Part shown: positions 56,546 through 63,770 of the stretch, piece after piece
Position numbering within the stretch: the stretch's first letter is position 1
Layout of the letters: every line of letters starts with the position of its first letter
From: a virus
Lineage: Duplodnaviria; Caudoviricetes
Length of the DNA stretch: 63,770 nt
Strand: one strand, 5' to 3'
IMG/VR virus record: IMGVR_UViG_3300044731_000783
Coordinates: 1 to 63,770 of that record
Program-made: the position numbers and the translations under genes
Notes under the pieces: model-generated
What the model saw: only the letters and a program-made list of their open reading frames with translations
What the model was told of the DNA's origin: nothing
The model's database searches: none

Positions 56546-57937
56546 TTAATTTTCTACTGATTTTGTTTTTTCTTTTTGTTGTCTCTTTTCCAACAATTCC
56601 TTAACCCTTTGTCGTTGTCTTTCCTCTTTTTGTTCTTCTAAACCTAAGAATGTTGTTGTAGATTCTGTATCAATATCTAGCATTGCATTATCAAATTTGC
56701 AATTTTCAAATACCACACCGTCATCTCCTATACGAGATTTGGTAATTGCTATTGTGGCAAGTTTCATTTCTTTTTGTTGTAATGACTTTGCTACTGTTAT
56801 AATAACGTGACCTACTTGTGCTTTCTTAATTGATCCACCCATTTGGTCCGTTGTTACAACATCTGATGATATTGATGAACGGTTACCTTGTGTTGCGGTC
56901 CAACCAACTATGCTTAGTTCGTGACACATAGCTTCAAACGCTCTCATTACAGACCCTTCACTCTTCCATTCGTCCCCTAGGTTTTTATCCGGAACAACAC
57001 AATCAATATAATCTAAAATTACCATATCTATCTTTGTTCCGTCAGCAATCATCTTTCTAATCTCATTTTTGATTTGAAGCATTGTTTTGGTGTCAGATGG
57101 TAATTTTTTCAAGATTAGTTCATTTGGCATAGATTCCTTGATTTCTTTTACTTTTTGCATTACCTCATCCCTTTTTTCTGACAATTCGTCAGGATGAATT
57201 TTTGTCCAAAGGGTAAAATGTTTCCTTTGTATCACTTTTGGGTTGTCTTCAAAAAAGATTTGAAGAACGTTAAATCCAAGGTTAAATGCGTGATTCGCAA
57301 TCTTTGTTGTTAGAGTAGATTTTCCAACTCCGGTCGGTGCAAGTATTACACCAATTTCACCTTTAGCTAATCCTCCTTTCATTAGTCTATCGATACCAGG
57401 TATTCCCATTGGGATTGGGTGTCTGTAATCGTCATCTAGCACTTGATCTAGGTTTGAAAAGACATCCATAGCACTTGTGTCTTTTGAACCAACCAATAAG
57501 GCTTCTCTTACTAATTCTTCTAACGTGTCGTAGCTTTCAAACTCTCCACCGTCAATAATTTTTTGTGCCTTTTTCATCACTTTCTGTAACTCTTGTTGTT
57601 TACAGAATTTAAGTGCTTTTTCTTGTACGAAATCCACCCCCTCGATAGGTGCATCCTTGATTTTCTTAACAGTATCAAGGACAACTTTAATAGCAGTTTC
57701 CTGTTGTAATTCAGATTTGGCTACTTGTTCCAGAGTATCAAATGATGGTGTGTGGTCGTATTTTTTATAATACTCTTTTATCATCTGAATGATAATTTTA
57801 AAATACTTATTTTCAAAATAATTATTCTCAATTACATCAATGATTGAATGTGAAAATTCTTTGTCTACAATAATTTGGTTAAGTAATTGAATTTGAAAAT
57901 TGTTTCCGAGATACTCAAAGTTTTTGTTAGTCGCCAT
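56546..57937 (-). CDS. Replicative DNA helicase (DnaB/gp41-like)
   Basis: APTGVGKS, ILDYID, TATQGNR, KSR. Confidence 0.93.
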   Translation of the reverse strand: MATNKNFEYLGNNFQIQLLNQIIVDKEFSHSIIDVIENNYFENKYFKIIIQMIKEYYKKYDHTPSFDTLEQVAKSELQQETAIKVVLDTVKKIKDAPIEGVDFVQEKALKFCKQQELQKVMKKAQKIIDGGEFESYDTLEELVREALLVGSKDTSAMDVFSNLDQVLDDDYRHPIPMGIPGIDRLMKGGLAKGEIGVILAPTGVGKSTLTTKIANHAFNLGFNVLQIFFEDNPKVIQRKHFTLWTKIHPDELSEKRDEVMQKVKEIKESMPNELILKKLPSDTKTMLQIKNEIRKMIADGTKIDMVILDYIDCVVPDKNLGDEWKSEGSVMRAFEAMCHELSIVGWTATQGNRSSISSDVVTTDQMGGSIKKAQVGHVIITVAKSLQQKEMKLATIAITKSRIGDDGVVFENCKFDNAMLDIDTESTTTFLGLEEQKEERQRQRVKELLEKRQQKEKTKSVEN

Positions 57938-57976
57938 ATATTTTTCTTATGTTAGTAATGATAAATACTACTACAA

Positions 57977-58420
57977 TTAGATAAATTGTGGATAAAAATA
58001 ATTAAATTTTTTATCTGAAAAAATGTCAGTAAGTTCCGACAATATGCTTTTCAGCTTTGGGCGTAGGTCTACGGTATATCTCACCTTTGGTGGGTATACT
58101 TTTGCGTCAAATGATCTCTGACAAATTGTCATATTATCTACCTTAATATAAAGGTTAAAATTTTCATCTCCCTCCGTAATTGATGTGTTTAACACCTCCG
58201 GATTTTCCATAATTTCATATTTGTTCTCCAACATATAAACTACGGATCTCATTTTTAAATCAGTTTGTAGGGAGTTACAAAAAGATTTGATGTAGTCATA
58301 AAACTCTTCTGATTTGTGGGCATTTTTATTAAACCCTTTAACATTGAAAAATCTTTGTACCACAATGTTGTCATTACACATTAACAAAAATTCAACTTTT
58401 GTTACATCTTGTTCTCTCAT
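57977..58420 (-). CDS. Hypothetical protein in the replication operon
   Basis: 147-aa ORF. Confidence 0.75.
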   Translation of the reverse strand: MREQDVTKVEFLLMCNDNIVVQRFFNVKGFNKNAHKSEEFYDYIKSFCNSLQTDLKMRSVVYMLENKYEIMENPEVLNTSITEGDENFNLYIKVDNMTICQRSFDAKVYPPKVRYTVDLRPKLKSILSELTDIFSDKKFNYFYPQFI

Positions 58421-58424
58421 TTTT

Positions 58425-59441
58425 TTACTTTTTTGGTTTGTTTCTAAAATTTGTTTTTTCTTTTCTCGATAGTTTTAAAAATGGTCTTAAAAAATTTACC
58501 CAGGCGTCGTCACCTTTTGGTAGAAATTTAAAAAATCCGTCCTCCATCATCATTCTAATTAAGTTTCTATGTCCTCTTCCGTCTGGATCCAATGACTCGG
58601 AGTAATATAAACTAACTAGTTCTTTTCCTTCATCTGAAATAAGTGGGTTTGCAAGGTCCACCAATTTCTCATTTATGACAAAAAACTCTTCTCCAAAAAT
58701 CCCTTCTTTGGTTTTACCACTAAGTAGATTTTGTAAGGCTACATTTCCTTTTTGTTCTGTTAACAACTTTTCAGCCTTGGTTAAAATATCGGTATATTTA
58801 ACCTCACTTTCAAGTATTTCTGGAAATAATTTAAGAAATGTTTTTTCACCAAGATAAAAGATACCATCAATATTATCCGAACTATCACCGGTTAATATTT
58901 TGTAGGTTTTAATATTATAGTGGGGGATTTCAGATGAATCCATCTTAATTCCATCCCCCAGTTTATAATATCTCTTATGTTGTGGTGAGTATATAGAGAC
59001 CCTATCGGAAATAAGTTGTGTTAAATCCCTATCTGAAGAAAAAATAGTCTTATCTTCATCCTGTGATATTTGACAATAATAAGCGACCAAATCATCGGCC
59101 TCTGATTGTTCAACTTCTAATTGTCTTACAAACATCTCTTCAAGGTATTGTTTTACCCTCTCTTTTTGTTTTAAAAAAGATTGTTCTTTAAAATCTTCGT
59201 CGTCTTTTTGTTTACGATTTAATTTGTACTTTGGGTATATAATTCTTCTTTGTGATGATCCGGTATCGCTATCCCAAAACACAACAACTTTATTGTAGTT
59301 ATTTTCTTCTAAAAATCGTCTTAGAGTGTTTAAAAAATGCCAAGTACCACCAACGTGTTCACCTTTGTTAAAAAAGTCTCTAACACCGTGGAAACCGATT
59401 TTTAGAAGGTTATTACCATCTACCAATAAAGTTTTAGTCAT
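58425..59441 (-). CDS. 5'-3' exonuclease/flap endonuclease (PolA N-terminal/T4 RNase H-like)
   Basis: LLVDGNN, YKLNR, EADD, SSDRDLTQL, GDSSDNIDG. Confidence 0.93.
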   Translation of the reverse strand: MTKTLLVDGNNLLKIGFHGVRDFFNKGEHVGGTWHFLNTLRRFLEENNYNKVVVFWDSDTGSSQRRIIYPKYKLNRKQKDDEDFKEQSFLKQKERVKQYLEEMFVRQLEVEQSEADDLVAYYCQISQDEDKTIFSSDRDLTQLISDRVSIYSPQHKRYYKLGDGIKMDSSEIPHYNIKTYKILTGDSSDNIDGIFYLGEKTFLKLFPEILESEVKYTDILTKAEKLLTEQKGNVALQNLLSGKTKEGIFGEEFFVINEKLVDLANPLISDEGKELVSLYYSESLDPDGRGHRNLIRMMMEDGFFKFLPKGDDAWVNFLRPFLKLSRKEKTNFRNKPKK

Positions 59442-60456
59442 TTAATTCTTCGTTTGATTGGTTTGACAATACTGGTTCTTTTTCAACAATGTAGTCACCA
59501 AGGAATTCACTAAATATTGCTTCCATAACTGGTACACATATTGAGTTACCGGCAAGTGAGACATGTCCTTTTGTTGATAATGATGTTGTTAACAATAAAT
59601 CAATATCTTCGTCACGAACACCCATAAATCTATATCCCTCTCTTGCCGTGATATTTCTTACTCTACCATCTTCAGTCATAATCTGTGGTGAACCACTTGT
59701 TGTAAGACAAGGTGAGCAACCGTCAACAGAATATATTCTTCTTGTTTGGTCATAATTTACATCATCTCTTCTTGCTATTAACTTACATATTGTATTTCCT
59801 TTTGGTTGGTGTGGTGTGTATGGACAGTCAATGAATAATTCTGGGTCCTGTGTATCCTCAATAAAAGACCTCATTGGGATTCTTGTTTTTTTGTAGTTAT
59901 CAACATTCTCCATTCTTGTTGCAACATCAGTATGGTCTCCATTAAGAACTGAAATCATAAATACTCTTTCTCTATTTTGTGGACAACCAAAGTCGGCACC
60001 ATTAAGTAATCTCCAATATGATGTGTAACCAAGACCTCTTAAAAAATAGATATGTTTTTTAAAATTTTCATAATGATTTTTTGAGATAAGGTTTTTAACG
60101 TTTTCCATTAACAAATACTTAGGTCTATTTGTTGATAAAATTCTTTCAACATCAAATAATAACCCACTTCTAGTCCCTTCTTTAATACCTCTTTGAACTC
60201 CTGAGATTGAAATGTCTTGGCAAGGGAATGAATATGTTAATAGGTCACACTCTGGAAAATTATTGTGGTCAATTTTTGTAATATCACCTAAATTACCCAT
60301 TTGTGTTTTATGTAAAACATCATAACACTCATTTGCTTGTTTGAAATTGTCACAGTTAGCAACATTTTCATGGTCAACACCAATATATTTAAGTGCTAAT
60401 TCTTGTGTTCCATACCCGGAAAATAAAGAAACAACTTTTAATTTATTCTTGTTCAT
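59434..60456 (-). CDS. DNA (cytosine-5)-methyltransferase
   Basis: LFSGYG, SFPCQD, MENV, QNRER, AGNSI. Confidence 0.93.
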   Translation of the reverse strand: MNKNKLKVVSLFSGYGTQELALKYIGVDHENVANCDNFKQANECYDVLHKTQMGNLGDITKIDHNNFPECDLLTYSFPCQDISISGVQRGIKEGTRSGLLFDVERILSTNRPKYLLMENVKNLISKNHYENFKKHIYFLRGLGYTSYWRLLNGADFGCPQNRERVFMISVLNGDHTDVATRMENVDNYKKTRIPMRSFIEDTQDPELFIDCPYTPHQPKGNTICKLIARRDDVNYDQTRRIYSVDGCSPCLTTSGSPQIMTEDGRVRNITAREGYRFMGVRDEDIDLLLTTSLSTKGHVSLAGNSICVPVMEAIFSEFLGDYIVEKEPVLSNQSNEELND

Positions 60457-61453
60457 ATACCTTTTCTTCTTTTAAATCAAATTCACCATCTACACCTATA
60501 ATTGTTTTCCAATATTCGGCATATTCACTTTTGTAAGTCTCAATAGACTTTTTTTCTTCTGTAGCATCTTTTCCAGGTAAGAAACCGTGTGGGGTTACAA
60601 TAATCTTACCATCTTCAAAACCAAGTCCATTGATATGGTTTTTCATAACAGATACCTTTGTTCTTGATGCAAACTTCACAGTTCTTTTATCTTTAGTAGC
60701 TGTAATTTTTGTTGTTCCAGCACCTTTTTGATTTCCGTATAAAAATACCAAAGATGAGTTTAACCAAATTGCTTCACCACCTTTTGCTTTAATTTTTGGT
60801 TGTCCAAATGGATTATCTGGTAATTCAACCCAAGGTTGGTTTACAATAATTAAAGTGTTCTCGTATTTTGAATCTGCTTTTCTTGATCCGGAAATTCTTT
60901 GATTAATACCCATACCAATCTTATCTGCTAAAACACTTGCATTGTGTTGTTTCCCACCTTTACCTTCGTAAGTCATTTTACAAGGGACAGAACCAACTGA
61001 ATCCCACATAATACATAATGAATAGTCTAACTCACCCTTTTCTTGAGCATCTAACAAATCATTAATATAATCTGTAATTTGTTCAATATAACTAAAATTA
61101 TTATTAAATAGAAAGAATCCGTCCCAAGTTAATTCACCAGTTTCTTCATCAACAACTTCCTCACATTCAAAACCCATTAGTCTTGAGTGTTCAAAAGACC
61201 ATTTTTGCTCTGTAATAATGAATACCGGAAGAATTTCTTTTTTCTGTGCATCAACAGCTGTTTTTACAAGTGCTGTTGTTTTACCAGTATCAGAATGTCC
61301 CAAAAACATATTGATATGCCCCATAGCAGGTCCTGGAAGACCAACAGCATCTAAAAATGCTGGACCTAAATCAAAATATCTTTGTGGTTTGTATTTTGCG
61401 TCCGAAGAGAATTTTTTCTTAATCGAACTAAAGTCAGTTTTTTTTATTGCCAT
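60443..61453 (-). CDS. recA: RecA/UvsX-like recombinase
   Basis: GHSDTGKT, WDSVG, IIVNQ, KGGEA. Confidence 0.88.
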   Translation of the reverse strand: MAIKKTDFSSIKKKFSSDAKYKPQRYFDLGPAFLDAVGLPGPAMGHINMFLGHSDTGKTTALVKTAVDAQKKEILPVFIITEQKWSFEHSRLMGFECEEVVDEETGELTWDGFFLFNNNFSYIEQITDYINDLLDAQEKGELDYSLCIMWDSVGSVPCKMTYEGKGGKQHNASVLADKIGMGINQRISGSRKADSKYENTLIIVNQPWVELPDNPFGQPKIKAKGGEAIWLNSSLVFLYGNQKGAGTTKITATKDKRTVKFASRTKVSVMKNHINGLGFEDGKIIVTPHGFLPGKDATEEKKSIETYKSEYAEYWKTIIGVDGEFDLKEEKVYEQE

Positions 61454-61466
61454 ATACTTTTTTTAT

Positions 61467-62147
61467 CTAAATATAGTTAATCATTTTATAATAATCATCA
61501 TTAAAGTTTGGATTTAATTCAAAATTACCGAGATTATTTTTAGTCATTTCGTCAATTTTTTTATAAATAATTTCTTTTGGTGTATCACCAAATCCAGAAA
61601 CGTGATATGTATTCATTCCCCATCTATAAATCATAGTTGGTTTACCATTATCTTCATAAATTTTTGCATTATTTTTAAACGTAATATCAAAATCTTCACC
61701 AAAATTTTTGTCCGGAAATTGGATTCTATTTATATAACTTTTAGTATAAACATTTCCATTATTTACGTTTCCACCGATTTTATCAAACTTATTATGTATA
61801 AAAAAATAATGGGTCTTTGGTCTGTATATTTCATACCCAGGATTTGCATTAATAAAACCTTCGGTTATGTTTAAAGCATCCGGACCTAAAAGATCGTCAT
61901 CATCTAATCGATAAATGTAATTATAAGAACATTTACTAAAACCCCACTCAAGTTTTTTGGAAATACTTGTAAACCTCTCTTTTAAGTTAAAAATTTTTAC
62001 TTGTGGGTGATTAAATGTATAAACATTATTAGGGCTATCATTTATTACAACCATCTCACTATTTGAATTATTTTGTAATAAAAAAGACTGTATTGCCTCT
62101 TCAAGTAAGTGGTGTCTTTGGTATGTTAAAGTTAAAACTGAAATCAT
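61467..62147 (-). CDS. Glycosyltransferase family 2
   Basis: ISVLTLTY, VVIND, RLDDDD, GED. Confidence 0.85.
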   Translation of the reverse strand: MISVLTLTYQRHHLLEEAIQSFLLQNNSNSEMVVINDSPNNVYTFNHPQVKIFNLKERFTSISKKLEWGFSKCSYNYIYRLDDDDLLGPDALNITEGFINANPGYEIYRPKTHYFFIHNKFDKIGGNVNNGNVYTKSYINRIQFPDKNFGEDFDITFKNNAKIYEDNGKPTMIYRWGMNTYHVSGFGDTPKEIIYKKIDEMTKNNLGNFELNPNFNDDYYKMINYI

Positions 62148-62159
62148 ATAAAAAAATAA

Positions 62160-62194
62160 AACTTGGACACCTTGTCTAGGTAGATGTCCAAGTT
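62160..62194 (-). terminator. Intrinsic terminator after SSB
   Basis: AACTTGGACA...TGTCCAAGTT 10-bp stem followed by T-tract on the minus strand. Confidence 0.8.
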
Positions 62195-62202
62195 AATTAA
62201 TA

Positions 62203-63069
62203 TTAGAATGGTAACTCTTCATCAACATCATCACCGGCTTGTGGGTCCTCAACTTTTGTTTCAGTTTTTGTTTTTCCACCACCCATTGAGATTTCTTCCT
62301 CAGAAGTATTACTATAGATGTATTTTCCAGCATCAGAATCCCATCTTGGTGTTTCACCACGAGCAATCGCTTCAAGATATTCAGCTGGTTTTTTAGAGTA
62401 TACATCTTCCCAAGTAAGTTCGTCTTCCAACCAAGATGTCATTGTTTCTTCGTCTTCGTGAACTGGAGTTGGGTCATCATACATAACTGTTTGGATTACA
62501 GTGTAGAAAGCTCCTTTTGGAGTTTTTGCTTTTGTTAATTCGAGGATTAAATCTCTTCCTTTTTCACCATCAGCAACATCACCTTTTGCTTTATAGATTG
62601 GAATAATTTTATCAAAAATCCCTTCTTGTTTGTAATTGTGTTTGAATCTCCAGAATTTAGGTCCATCCTGTTCGTTGTCACGGTCAATTACCTTAACAAT
62701 ATAAAACTTACGAGGTTTGTATTGTTTTGCCAATTCTTTGTCAGATTCTTTACCAGTTGACATAAGAACATCATAAACTTCACTTAAAGGTGAACGTTCA
62801 TTGTCATTTTTTCCTGGATCATAGAATTTCTGCCATTTTCCGTCCACAAGAATTTCGTGGAACCATACCTCTTTAAAAGGTGAAGATCCGTCTGGAGTAG
62901 GTAAAATACGGATTTTCTTTTGTGCTTGCTTTTCGTTGTCTTTAAGTATTGCAGCAAAATACTTTTTCATTCTTTCTTCTTGTGACATCTTTGCAGTGGA
63001 AGAAGAACCACTTTGTTTTGAGCTTTCATACTGAGCCAAAACCGCATCTAAAACATTGTTTGTCGCCAT
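62203..63069 (-). CDS. Single-stranded DNA-binding protein (gp32-like)
   Basis: IRILP, aromatic OB-fold-like core, GRDL, acidic tail ending DEELPF. Confidence 0.8.
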   Translation of the reverse strand: MATNNVLDAVLAQYESSKQSGSSSTAKMSQEERMKKYFAAILKDNEKQAQKKIRILPTPDGSSPFKEVWFHEILVDGKWQKFYDPGKNDNERSPLSEVYDVLMSTGKESDKELAKQYKPRKFYIVKVIDRDNEQDGPKFWRFKHNYKQEGIFDKIIPIYKAKGDVADGEKGRDLILELTKAKTPKGAFYTVIQTVMYDDPTPVHEDEETMTSWLEDELTWEDVYSKKPAEYLEAIARGETPRWDSDAGKYIYSNTSEEEISMGGGKTKTETKVEDPQAGDDVDEELPF

Positions 63070-63099
63070 ATATATATTAATTAAAAGTTTACAATAGAA

Positions 63100-63128
63100 A
63101 ATATAAGTTAAATTAGTGTCGCAGTCAA
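63100..63128 (-). promoter_or_regulatory. -35/-10 type promoter
   Basis: TTGACT-N17-TATATT. Confidence 0.7.
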
Positions 63129-63146
63129 TAAGGTATTAAAAAAATA

Positions 63147-63175
63147 GTTTAAGGTCGTAAATTTCGACCTTAAAC
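63147..63175 (-). terminator. Intrinsic terminator
   Basis: GTTTAAGGTCG-N7-CGACCTTAAAC 11-bp stem with downstream T-tract on the minus strand. Confidence 0.85.
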
Positions 63176-63176
63176 A

Positions 63177-63770
63177 TTACATCATATTATTATCCTCATT
63201 TTCGTCATAATCATTAAATGATGTTTTAACTTCTTCCGGTGAATAATCTTCAATATCATCAGATGTTAAAACATATTCATTTTTTCCTGATTGTCTCATC
63301 TCTTCTTGTTTGTCAACAAAAAAGTCAGACAATTTTTGTTTAAATGGCCCAGAATCTAAACTTCTTAATTCAAGTTTTTCTTCTGGAGTTTTTGGTTTAA
63401 ACTGATCAAATTTAGTTTCAAGACTATTAATCTTTTGTACTAACTGATCCATTTCACCTAATTTTGTTTCTAAAGTTGATAATTGGTTAAATAAATTATT
63501 AAAATATTCCTCTTGTTTATCTGACATTGATTTTTGTGTGTCAACAAGATCTGTAATATCTAATTCTTCTTCGCCACCTTCTTCACCTTCAGTTTCTGTA
63601 TCTAATTCTTCAACATCCGCATCTTGTGCAATATCAACTGGTGGTGCTCCTGTTGGAGCTGGTGTTCCTCCCGGTGGTGGTGGAACATCTCCTTCTGGTG
63701 CCGGCGGCGCTCCTCCCGGTGGTGGTGGAACATCTCCACCTGGTAATGGTAAGTCTCCTCCCGGTACTGG
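63177..63770 (-). CDS. Pro-rich/acidic coiled-coil protein (start lies beyond the right window edge)
   Basis: The 116-aa ORF extends in frame to the edge: PVPGGDLPLPGGDVPPPPGGAPP...EELDITDLVDTQKSMSDK. Confidence 0.8.
   Translation of the reverse strand, partial: PVPGGDLPLPGGDVPPPPGGAPPAPEGDVPPPPGGTPAPTGAPPVDIAQDADVEELDTETEGEEGGEEELDITDLVDTQKSMSDKQEEYFNNLFNQLSTLETKLGEMDQLVQKINSLETKFDQFKPKTPEEKLELRSLDSGPFKQKLSDFFVDKQEEMRQSGKNEYVLTSDDIEDYSPEEVKTSFNDYDENEDNNMM
63666..63737. repeat. 27-bp direct repeat, 45-bp period (GDVPPPPGG)
   Basis: tcctcccggtggtggtggaacatctcc at 63666 and 63711. Confidence 0.9.

Noticed and set aside
54661-61453. Inteins or introns in RNR, helicase or RecA
   Set aside because: Normal lengths, uninterrupted motifs and no splice-junction signatures
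58-62405. Numerous short antisense or alternate-frame ORFs in the track (e.g. 4448, 10986, 11837, 22644, 52034)
   Set aside because: Shadows of longer motif-bearing genes with Ser/Phe/Val-biased composition
1-63770. Stop-codon reassignment
   Set aside because: Genes are full length and tightly packed in the standard code; TAA, TAG and TGA all end genes

Overview
AT-rich (roughly 28-30% GC by eye), gene-dense segment of a large tailed dsDNA phage, most likely a jumbo myovirus (baseplate gp6/gp25/gpI-like genes). It reads in the standard genetic code with almost all genes on the minus strand. The host is inferred to be Bacteroidota from TAnnTTTG promoters, a short RpoD-like sigma factor, SprB-like repeats, and Hc1-like, DUF5522-like and DUF6576-like proteins. 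Left part (1-24 kb): DnaJ, putative head-associated and lysis genes, two tandem C5-methyltransferases, sigma factor, a MamI-like restriction endonuclease plus amino-MTase, SbcC/SbcD, nuclease, primase and RuvC-like resolvase. Middle (22-54 kb): tail, baseplate and fibre genes with poly-Thr tracts and an embedded GT95/GT96-like glycosyltransferase. Right (54-64 kb): class II RNR, DnaB, 5'-3' exonuclease, a third C5-MTase, RecA, GT2 and SSB. Best leads: (1) a candidate phage-encoded protein O-glycosylation system acting on mucin-like virion proteins; (2) an unannotated ~140-nt structured RNA with its own promoter and terminator; (3) strong CCGG/CCWGG enrichment alongside several MTases and an R-M pair; (4) a shared N-terminal leader on late-expressed cargo proteins; (5) three distinct promoter classes. 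All family assignments are from motif recognition by eye; no searches were run.
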